Assembly (NCBI GenBank): GCA_015680685.1 | Contig: MNCI01003051.1 | Coordinates: 132,131 to 196,130, forward strand | Source: Gnetum montanum | Taxonomy: Eukaryota > Plantae > Gnetophyta | DNA length: 64,000 nt | Reading direction: 5' to 3' | Part shown: piece by piece, positions 38,301-50,300 of the stretch | Numbering within the stretch: the first letter of the stretch is position 1 | Layout of the letters: every line of letters starts with the position of its first letter | Notes under the pieces: generated by a model | The model's input: the letters and a program-made list of their open reading frames with translations, nothing else | Told to the model about the DNA's origin: nothing | The model's database searches: none | Position numbers and translations under genes: made by a program

Positions 38301-41300
38301 AAGACCTAATCACTAAACACCAGGTAGGGTTGGCACAACCTATCGATGAAAACAAACAACGGTTGGCAATAGACACCAACACTACTTCAACACAGGCCAA
38401 GGTTGAAACAGGGACTTCCCAATCACTGGAAGAGGCCAAGAGCAGGGGATCGGGTTCTAGAAGGCGCAAGACAATTGGGCTAAGATAGAAGGGAAAAGAG
38501 GCGAACATGTAATGCTCACGTGGCTTAGTCGAGGGTGGGGTCTTCTATGTTTGGTTGGCCTGTTAGGCCGGGCTACAAGCATGCAAGTCCTATAGGTCTC
38601 GCGAGGGGGGAGGGCTTTTATGACAAGAAACAGGCTGTGGGAAGGCTTTAGATCCTGGCAATTTTTGGGGGCATGGGGTCAAAAACACTAACCTACGCTA
38701 TACATTATGTACAACTTTCATTTTTTTGGATTAATACAGCTTTGACTTTTTTTCTTAAAAAAAAAGTTTAGCTAAGGCATATAAATGCTTAATTAGAACC
38801 AAGAAGAGGAAATTTATCAATGAGTAGCATAAATACTTGGCTTATACCATTAAAAAGAGCCTAGACAATTTTAGTATTGTTTTTATCATAAAGTCTCTTC
38901 ATCATTTAAATTTTCTTTTCAAGATATATACTTGTTTTACAATGAACTATTTATAGGAGATGATAACTCTACTGCTATTGTACACAAGCACCTCTTCAAT
39001 TTACTTTAAGGAAGTCACAAAGGGTATTGAAAAGCTAGCATTTGACAACATTGCTGATTTAGATGGTTTATATACAAAATTATTAAAGTGGACAGTTCCT
39101 ACTATTCACAGAGAAATTTGGCACAAATAAAATTCAGCAATGAATCAAGTATTATATCAATATTGAAAAACTAGTAAGACTGTCTTGTTATAAAGAAAAG
39201 GGAGATAAAAATAATTTGAATAATTATCAAATGATTGTTGTAAGGAATATTTTTGCTAAGTTGTTTGGGCACTCTGCTTTAAGAGATAATCAACTGTTGA
39301 GCTGAAGTTAACCAAGTCGAGGCAAGGTGCCAAGTAGGTTTTAAATAAAATTACTCCACTATTGATTACTTAGTTACTCTTAAATACTGCATGGAGTTTG
39401 CACGAAAGCCTAATGAAAACGTTTTTATTTGCTTTGTTGATTTTGCACAAATTTATGGTTGCACTCGCAAAAAATCAAAATTGGTTGCAGCAACTCAAAG
39501 ATTGTATAAGAAATTGATTATTCAGATTACAAATAGCAATTCAGAGAAAAAATTAAAATTCTGGAGCAAAATTAAAGTTAAGCAAGGTTATCCACTTTCT
39601 CCAACTCTTTTTAATATCTTTATTGATGAAATGCAGTAATGATTATGCAATGGGCAAGATAGTCATGCTATCAAAATTTGATCCCAATCAGTGGATCTTC
39701 TTTTGTATGTTGATGATGCTACCTTGATCTCCACTACTGCAAAAGTTATGTAAAGTATGTTGAAAATTTCATAAAATTGTTGCCGCTCATATGGTCTTCA
39801 AGTGAATGTAGTTAAAACCAAATTGATGATCTAGGGTACAAAAAAAAGCCTATTACAACTTTCATTCTAGTTATACCAATATGTAAATAGTAGACTCTTT
39901 TAAATATTTAGGTCTCATTTATATGAACAATTATTACAAGGAGGGGAAGTGCATCAAAAAAACACTAACAAGAGGTTTTAAGGCTCTGTATATTTTCAAA
40001 AACAAGTGCAAAGATTTAGGACTTTAGTCTTGGAAGGTTAGAGAATAAAATTTTCAAAATATCATCTATCATATTGTATTGTATGGATACGTTATTTGGA
40101 AACTTGGACTCAATGCTAAACTTTGAAAAGATATTGAAAAAGTGCAAAAAACGTTTCTCCTCAATGAGTTAAAAGTTGAGATGCAAACAAGCTACTTGAC
40201 ATTATTATGTGAATGTGACTTATTACCTTTAGAAATAGAAGCATTGTGCCAATTCATTGTATACACTCATAGCTTGCATATTTTAAGGCAAGACAAATTC
40301 TCTAAACTAGTTCTTGAGGATTCACGAGACCACAATTGGTATTTTCGAGGAACATAACGATTGAGAAAATAGAATATTTCTTGAAAAGAAGTGCAACAAA
40401 ATCTTAAGCATATTCAATAGTCAGTTAACCAAAAGGTTTTAACATAGTTGTGGTTTAATGTAGAAGGCAAGAAACAATTTTATTTACATCACTTTAGATG
40501 CAATAAACTAGATACAAAAGCTCACTATCTCTCAGCTACTATTCCAATCAAGTATCAAAGTGCCATAAACAAGCTTCGTTTCAGTTTGCATCATCTTAGA
40601 ATTGAAAGTGAAAAATGCATTCAACTCCCCAAAGAAGAGTGCACTTGTAGGTTGTGTGGGTCAGAAACCCTTGAAAATGAGTTGCATGTGTTTCTTTTCA
40701 AGTGTTATGACTACCCATTTGAGATAGCATTATAATGTTGCACCAAAAACTTATATAATTTTTTTGTGTTACCCCCACTGGTAGTTGGTCAATTTGTAGA
40801 GTTTGTCATTATTTTTCATGAAAATGTAATATCTGTTCAATAGATCCTATGTGTCTTTGGAAGTAATAAAGCTTTAGCTTGAATTTCATTTCCATTTTAT
40901 TACTTTATGTTGATAATATGCTCATATCAAGTACTAATAAAGTTGAGATAAAGCATTTAAAGTTAGAAATGGACAAGAAATTTGCTATAAAGGATGTAGG
41001 TCCAGTTAACAAAATCCTTAGCATGAAGATTGAAAGGGACAGGAAGAAAGGATTGTTGTGATTAAGTCAAAAAAATATATATATGTTGGAAAGACTGAGT
41101 AAATTCCTGATTTTGTGGGATTAATTGCAATTTTTTGTGGAGTTTGTTTTCCCTGATTTATAGCTTCCATTTTTATCATTTCTGATTTCTAGGAGATTGG
41201 TTTTCTTTTTTAGTTTGTTTCCTAAAATACGGAATAAGGCTGGTCTATAAATCATTGTATGCAATCTTTCATAAACTTCAATAAAGAGAACTGTTTCATT

Positions 41301-44300
41301 TCATCTCTTTGTTCATGGTATCAGAACCAAGTTAAATGGCTAAAAAAATTCTTTTTCCAAATCTTTGATAGATAAACAGAGTTTATCTATAGCCTCAATA
41401 TTGAGCAATCCCAACCTGCTCAAGGAGGCCAATACATCATCAAAGACTCCCACAGCCTCAGTTGCACATAGAGGTAATCTAAGTACTTCATGTTTTACAC
41501 ATTGCCATGTAAATGATAAGTGGATTGTTGACACAGGTGCTACAGATCACATGTCTGGAAACAAGAGCCTCAGTTGCACATAGAGGTAATCTAAGTACTT
41601 CGTGTTTTACACATTGCCATGTAAATGATAAGTGGATTGTTGACACAGGTGCTGCAGATCACATGTTTGGAAACAAGAGCTTATTCTCGGAATTAATCAT
41701 TGTAGCTGATGGTACTATGTTAAAAGTAGTAGGTTGTGGGTCAATTGATATTTCTGGGATGAATTTAAGATCTATTTACTATGTTCCAGAGTTAAAGTAT
41801 AACCTCCTCTCTATTAGCAAATTGTTAAAAGATCAAAATTGTGCAATAACATTTTTCCCTTCTCTCTGTGTGTTCCAGTACCTACCTTCAAGGAGGATGA
41901 TTGGCAATGCTGAGGAGAAACATGGTCTCTACATTCTCAATGGTGCTAGTTCTTCTTCAAAAATTCAATCTCGTGAAAATGTCTCCCTTTCAACCTTGTC
42001 TAGTTCAGAAATAATGCTTTGGCACAAACGCCTTGGTCACCCTAGTTTAGTTTATCTCAAATCTTTGTATCCAACTTTGTTTATTGATAAAAATCCTTCA
42101 AATTTCCAGTGTGAACATTGTATTGCTGTAAAACAAACTAGAAAAAATTATCCTTCTCATACATATCAACTGTCAAAGCCATTTCATCTTATACACAGTG
42201 ACATATGGGGTCCTGCTCGTCAATCCACTCTCACAGGCTCTAAGTGGTTTGTCACGTTTATCAATGATCATACAAGGGTGTGTTGGGTTTATCTCATGAG
42301 AGAAAAATCAGAAACTGAATCCACTGTTAAATAGTTTCACAAATATATCTTGAATGTCTTCCAAACCAATATCCAAACTCTGAGAATTGACAACAGTAGA
42401 GAGTATTTCTCAAATGACTTGACACAATACCTAAATGATAATGGAGTGTTTCATCAAAGTTCTTGTACCTACACCCCTCAACAAAATGGAGTGGCAGAGA
42501 GGAAAAATAGAAATTTACTAGAGGTAGCCTAAGCTCTTGTGTTCAATAGTCATGTTCCAAACTCTTTTTGGGGAGAAGCAGTGTTAACTACAGCTTATCA
42601 TATAAATAGAATGCCATCCAAAACTTTAAATCTTTGAACTTCTCTCAGTTGTCTTTGTATGGTTTCAAATAGTATCCTAGAGCTTGGTTGACAAGATTTA
42701 GCTCAACATTGCAGAGTTTTGGATACACCCAAGGGCAAGCCAATCATACAATCTTCACTAAGCAATCATCAAGTGGGAACAAGTCCATTCTCATTGTGTA
42801 TGTGGATAATATCGTGATTACCGGTGATGACCACTTAGAGATTTCAGAGTTGAAGACTAAATTGAAGAACGAATTTCAAGTCAAGGACCTTGGGATCCTT
42901 AAGTATTTTCTTGGTATGGAGATTTCTAGAAGCAAACAAGGGATCTTTGTTACCCAAAGAAAGTATATTCTTGATTTGCTTAAGGAGACAGGAAAAATAG
43001 GTTGTAAACCAGCTAGCACACCATTAGAAAGGAATTGGAAACAAAAGGTTATAGATAATGATTCCCTAGTTGACCATGAGCAGTATCAACATCTAATAGG
43101 AAAACTGATCTACCTTTCACTTACTAGACCTGACATTGCCTACAGTGTGAGTGTGATTAGTCAATTAATGCATTCACCTACAAATCGACATCTAGAGGCA
43201 GCCAATCATGTACTGAGATATCTAAAGGGATCTCCTAGCAAGGGACTCTTGTTCAAGAAAGGTGAATCTCAAGAGGTGGAAGGCTTTGCTGATGCAGATT
43301 GGGCCAGATCAATGGAAGATAGCAAATCCACAACTAGATAATGTGTGAAATTATGGGGAAATCTTGTGATATAGAGGAGTAAGAAACAATCAGTTGTAGC
43401 AAGAAGCAGTGCTGAAGCAGAGTACTGAATGATTGCTCAAGGAGTGTGCAAGCTTATTTGGATTGAGAGACTTCTAAAGGATCTAAAAATTTCATTCTCA
43501 GGTCCTATGAAGCTCTACAATGATAGTAAATCAGCAATACGCATTGGCCACAGCCTAGTTCAACATGATCGAATGAAGCATGTTAGAATAGATAGAAGCT
43601 TTATCAAGCATGAGATTGACTCAGGAGCAATCAACCTAGCTTACATTCCTACCAAGGATCAAGAGGCCAATATCCTCACCAAAGCATTATCAAAACCAGG
43701 TTTTGAGTCTTTAGTTTGCAAGCTGGGAATGATAGATATCTATCCTCCAGCTTGAGGGGGAGTGTTGGAATGACTGAGTAAATTCCTGATTTTGTGGGAT
43801 TAATTGCAGGTTTTTGTGGAGTTTGTTTTCCCTGATTTATAGCTTCCATTTTTATTGTTTCTGATTTCTAGGAGAATGGTTTTCTTTTTTAGTTTGTTTC
43901 CTGATATACGGAATAAGGCTGGTCTATAAATCCTTGTATGCAATCTTTCATAAACTTCAATAAAGAGAACTGTTTCATTTCATCTCTTTGTTCAATATAT
44001 TTCTAAAGTGTTGGAAAGGTTTGGCATGTCCACAGCTGGTATTGTAAGTACTCCTCTTGCTTCTCACTTTAAATTGTGTAAAAATGATGGTCCTAAAACA
44101 TTTCAAAAAAGAAATAAATGGATGTTGTGTCATATAAAGTAGCAGTTAGTTCTCTGATGTATGCTATGGTATGTAGCAGACAAGATATAGCATATGTCGT
44201 TGGTGTTGTAAGCAGATTTATGAGCAATCCAGGGTGGAAACATTGGAATGTAGTTAAATGGATATTGTGCAGCCTACAAGGAAATAAATCTTACTGTTTG

Positions 44301-47300
44301 TAGTTTGGGGAAAGCAATTTAAGAGTTGATGGTTTTGTAGATGCAAGTTTTACTACAATTTTGAACACTGGGCGATCCACTATAGGTTCTGCTTTTACGT
44401 TTGGAGGAGGTGTTGTGAGCTGGCTATCAAGGTTGCAACTTTTGGATGCATTGTCTACCACAGAGGCTAATTATGTTGCCTTAACAAAAGCTTTCAAAGA
44501 AATGCTATGGATTCAAAGGTTTGTTAGTTCTTTGGGTATAAAACAACATGATTACCATGTGTTTTGTGATAGTCAAAGTGCCATTTTTCTTGGCAAAAAT
44601 CCAATGTATCATTTTAGGACCAAGCACATTGATGTGAAGTACCATTTCATTAGAAATGTTATTGGTGAAGGTATGGTGGATGTTAGAAAGAGTCATTCCA
44701 AAAATAATGCAGCTGATGGCTAGATAAAGATTGTGACTACAAAAAAAAAACATGACTATTGTAGAAAGCAGCTTGGAGTAGCTGGCACGTAATCATCAAA
44801 GGAAACCAGTCAACTCTTTGTTCTACAGCCAAATCAGAGATCTGTCTTCAAGGGGAATAAATGTTATAGTTTGAAGACAAATTCTTTTTTAGTAAAGTCT
44901 TTTTTGTTTTTTGTTTTAACGATGTCATGTCAAGTTGATAACACCTTTTATACCACATGTAATAGGGGGTAAAATAGCTCCCATCCAAAAGACTTATAAA
45001 TATAACACAATACTGTAGCTTTGCAATGCAGTGTAGTGGCAGTGTGTGTGCCTGGGCAAGGGCTTTGTGCTTGAGTTCACATATGCTTGTGTCGGTTGGT
45101 TACGTGTTATTGCACTGGTCTGTAGCATGTAGCTATGCTGTTTGTGGGGTATCTTGTGTCTATACTGTGACAGGAATCTTCAGGTGTTTTCACCCAACTA
45201 TTGTACTTTAAGGCATTTGTGCCCTAGTTTGGAATCCAAGAGCTCTACACTGTTTTTCTTGTGCCTTTTCCCATTAGGGTTTTCCACACAAATCTTTTGT
45301 TCAATTTTTCTTGTTTTTGTTTTTGTTCCATTGTTCAATTTTCCAAAAAAAAATTTAAGGCATTTTTACAACAATTTTTACGTATTTAAAGGTTAAAACC
45401 CTAGTCCTTGTAAGTGAACACCTTATTTGCATAAATTCAACAATAACAGCTAAGCTTCTCATGCGAAGGTTTTCCTTTGTTCTTGAAGGTTTTATTTCTA
45501 AATCTTATATTTCTTATTTGTCATTTTATATCAAGTGTCCTAGTTTTAATTTTGATTTCACATTTTATTCATTATCTTTAGGATTTTTGTAAAGTGTTAC
45601 CTCTGTGTTTTCTCTGAGACATTGTCATTTTTCTATCAATGTGCTCCATTGTGTTGTTTTTCTCCAACACTATGATGTATTCGTTGGATTAGTGCCAAGT
45701 GTGTGATGTTTTCCCAAGACTATTCATTAATTGATATTAGGAATTGGATATCAATTATGTCTTCCTAGCTGATTGATTACGTAATTTATGATGACCAGGT
45801 GTTAGCAATTACAAGCCACCTGCTATTGACTCATAAGTTAATTAGGCCACGGCATATGTTATCTATCATGCGAAGCTTGAGATATCAGCAACTGGTATCA
45901 GTCGTGTCGAAGGTGGTATCAGTATTTTCTTTATTTTAGATAGTGTCAAGCCTGTGGTGATTCTAATATTTAGCTAGAAAGTTGTATGATATCATTGGAT
46001 AATTGCATCCCATCCTATGATCACGTTATAGCAGTTGTTCAATGTCAAATAACCTCACCAATGACGTGTGCATTCTATACTTACATTGTGAACTACTTGT
46101 CATAACTTGCAACATTCATCATAACCTAAATCCTATTATCATGACATGTGCCAATGACACTTTTCGCAGCCATAGCTTTGAATGCCACATTTGTCACTAC
46201 GCCAAATATCAGCAAAAATTGTCATCAAAATCACTAAATGTAGAAATACTAAATGAACCATGTTATCCGAATCACACAAATCAACATACATTATCAAAAT
46301 CAAAGGATACAAGAATTCCAAATCCAAAACCAAAAAGAAGTATAAACCATGGTCCCTCAACTTTCTACAGCAGCATGTTGACAACAAAAGGTACTAAATA
46401 TTATAAATGTGAAGCTAAATTTTTTAGCTTTATTTTATAATTGATAAATATGGCCTTTTTTGTAAGAGATGAGCTATTGTTAGTTAATAGGTCCATTTTT
46501 AATTTAGAAGTGATTCTTTAGAATGTTCTAAATTGTTGAGACCCTTTTAGAAGGAAAACTTCTAGATTATTCTAAATTAGAGACTGTAACATGGCGGCCT
46601 TGCCTATTTAAGGGTTGGATCCTTGGTCATTGTACATGGATACCTTATTTCAATCAATTTAACAATAAGAGTTGGGCTTCTCCTGTGGAAGTTTTCCTTT
46701 GTTCCTGAGGATTTTACCTCATAAATCGTGTTTGCTCTTTTTCCCTTTTTTTATTTTTTTTTTTCATTTTGTATCAACTAATGTTCTAGATCTAATTTCA
46801 GTTTTGCATTTTATTGATTATCTTCAAGATTTTTCTGCAATGTTCTCTCTATGTTTTTTCTTCCACATTATCATTTTTGTCCATATGCTACACACTTTTT
46901 TTTTTTTTTTTCACCAATGCAGTTGTATCAGAGCAAGGTTAAGGGCTTGCTAATTTTCTCTATGGCAGGCTCATTTGTGCAAAGCTAGAGCAAGGTTCAA
47001 TAGTACATATATGTAACTTTGCATAGAATAAAATTTCTAAAGTCTTGAGGTAAGACCAGTAGAAAATTCATGTTGTACTGATGTTGTTTGTGAGATTAGT
47101 GAAACCAATGGGAGCTAAATTTTGAGTTGTTTCTTTAGATTCGCCTAGATCTTTATTTTTTCTTCTAAATTTTCTTGCTTGACTAAGAGTCATAGATCCA
47201 AACATGGCTGTACTTCAAAAGTTTAATACAAGTTTCTATGGCCTTTAGAAGGTGAAGGTCATAGATTTGTTGTATGAAAAGGAATGAGATGTTATTTTGC

Positions 47301-50300
47301 CAAGAAAACCTTCTTCCATGATTGATGATGACTTTCAGAAACTGGATTGAAGGGCAGATTCATACATCCACAGCAAATTCAATTCTAGTAGAATACCTAG
47401 AGAAAAAATCAACATTAGATTTGCTCAGAAAATTGAATTTAAGGTTTCAAACTATTAAATCTTGTAATCAAGTTTTTCTACATAGGGAACCACATCAACT
47501 TGAAATGCAAGAAGATGAAATACCCTCTGAATTTTTGCCAGAATCTAATTCCACATTAGTAGATCTAGAAGCATTGGATCACCAGGTTTTGAGTGATGAA
47601 TGCTTATTAGGAGCATTGTCAAGAAGTTGGGGGCATGTGATGACAACAATCAATGCCAACACCTTCACAACAATGGACTATAAGAAAGTCACCACCATTC
47701 TTGATCTGGAAGAAGGGTGTTGTTCTTAAAGTATAGAAACTTCATCAGTCAGTCAAGCATTGCTTATAGAGAGCAATAAGAAAAAGAGAATATCAAATTG
47801 TAGGAAATGTGGTAAATATACGCATGTAAAAAAAGATCACAAGTTTGTTTCCATTATAGTTGTATTTGAAGCAGAAGCATATATTAAATTTTTTTGTCTA
47901 TTAAGTTCTCTAAACATGTAAATATGGATGTTGTATAGTTTGCAATCTCTTTTTTTGTTGTACCCAGGTTTATGCTGAAGAATGATTCATTAAAGCTAGT
48001 TGTCTTGAATGTCTCTTGCATAAGCATGAGATTTGATGTTGTCTATTTATTCCTACAAGTTTACACAAGATCTCAATTTTGCAAGGTGTCTGGAAGGCCC
48101 TAGTGTTATGATAGAGAGCTTCTAGATTTTGTAATAACTACAATCATGTTCTCTCTATCATCCTCCTACCTTTGATTAGTTCACACTTGGAAGTTTGAAG
48201 ACAATTTTAATGGAAGGTGTGCCATTGAAGCAAAATGTTATGTGAATGGTGAAGGTGATGTCTTCAAAGAGCATATTAGTTGCTTAGTGGAGAAGCAAGA
48301 TTTATTTTTGATGGAAGATTATTATAAATGTAAAAATAGATCTTGTAGCTTTAATATTTAATTGATAAATATGACCCTCTTGTAAGGGATGACCTATTGT
48401 TAGTTAATTGGTTCATGCTATATGGTTCTGTGGGGTCTGTTTTTTATATAGAAGTGATTCTCTGGAATGTTCTACATTGTTGAGATCCTTTTAGAATGAT
48501 AACTTCCAAATGTTTCTAGATTCGAGTTTATAATATTACTTTGCATATTTAAGAATCACATCCCTGGTCATTGTAAATGAACACTTTATTTGGATCAATT
48601 TCCCAATAAGAGTTGGGCTTCCCCACTGGATGTTTCCCTTTGTTCTTGAGGATTTTACTTCGTAAATTTTGTGTTCCCTTCTGTTGTTTCATATCAGCTA
48701 ATGTTCTGGTTTCAATTTCAGTTTTGAATTTCCCCAATTATCTTCAAGATTTTTCGGAGGTGTTATCTTTGTGTTTTCTTATGCACATTCTTGTTTTTAT
48801 CTATGTGCTCCATAGTGCCATTTTACACCAACACCAGACTCAACACAAAGGCACAACATGCAAAGGCTCCAATGCTCTAGGCTTGGCATAGTGAGGCTCC
48901 ACAATGATCTCTAACTAGAAGAGAGATGGAAGATGGATCTGACTAATATATGAAAATAGTAACAGGGCTTTCAAATTCATATGTTAACAGGGCTTTCAAA
49001 TTTATAGAACAAAGGCTAGCAAATTAATGGTTGGCATTAAATGATAAACAAATGGGTCAAAATAATTTGGGTATCATGATTCGAGGGACCATCAATAAAC
49101 CAATCACAACTACGTTCTGAAAACTTTCTTGATAATTACAACTTAGGCCAAAACATTTTAATAAATATGTATGATCCTGACATGTTCAATTACGCAAAAT
49201 AAAGAAAAAGCATAATAATTACTAGCATGGCCCATATCCATCCAACATGTTCTAATCAAGAGACGTTAAGGATTTAGCAAATAAAATATCTTAAAATAAT
49301 ACAATGAATAAATATGAATAATAAATAAGACTCAGCCACAATAAAATATCAGAAGTATCATAAGAGGTCAAAAGATCAAACGTTACTAAAGCATCGCTTA
49401 TACAAAATGTACCACATAGCTAGGCCAAAGCTATATCAAAAATCACACGTAAGCTATACAAAGCTATGTAAAGAACATTTAACCAAATAATAGCTATGCC
49501 AAAAGCTAAAAAAGAAATATAAAATTAAACCAAACTAAACTTATAACAAGCTTTCTCAAAATATACCAAAGACACGCCATGCTATGCTAAAGCTATATAT
49601 AGTGTGACTCATAACTTCATATTGAATAACAAACATAACAAAGGAAGGGTTAGAAGTTTGAAACACAACGCATCACATCCTCTTTCCTTTAAAGAATCTT
49701 CCTCCTAGAAGATGGAGGTAATGAACACACCTTATCCAAACTTTCCTCATCTATCAACAAGCTATAATTAATATAGATATGTAGCATCTTTTCTATCCAA
49801 TAGCAGACATATTCTTCACCTTTGATACTTAGCAACTATCAATTAACCAACACCAGCAATCAATATCCCAAATAGATCCACTAGTAAACCAACCATCAAA
49901 ACATGCACTTCACCATCACAAATTGTGTCCCAGCGCACTATTTCAAAGTTGAATGATGCTCTGACTTCCTTTTCTCTCTTGGAACCAGAAAGTTGGTTAC
50001 CAAATTATATACTTCATCCATTCCAAGTTGCTTACTCCTTTCAACACCTTCTTCTTTTGGGGATCCCCACTTTCTACCATCCCTAGACATAGCACTACTA
50101 AGCTTATTACAACAACAAGAAGATTTGCTATCAAAGAACCAACACATAGGTTAATCATTTTTGTGCTGTGTACTCCATAGCCCAAACGCCAATTGAAGTC
50201 AAGCTCATTACTATCATCCAAATGGCCACCATTGCTATGATTGCACATTATGCTGGTAAGGACCAAGAGCAACTGTGTCCTAAACTGCTCTATTGGATTC

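Larger units (their letters stand above)
33013..45373 (+). mobile_element. Degenerate Ty1/Copia element A; host of nested LINEs and Copia B; inserted in an LTR of the gag-only family
   Basis: LTRs 33013-~33495 and 44862-45373 (TGTT..AACA); TSD GTTTT/ATTTT; degenerate iMet PBS TAGCATCAGAGC; PPT AAGGGGAATAAA; PR WILYSGSSFH, INT 34566-35204, RT 35700-36253 + 40893-41083 + 44000-44300, RH RTKHIDVKYHFIR. Confidence 0.88.
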
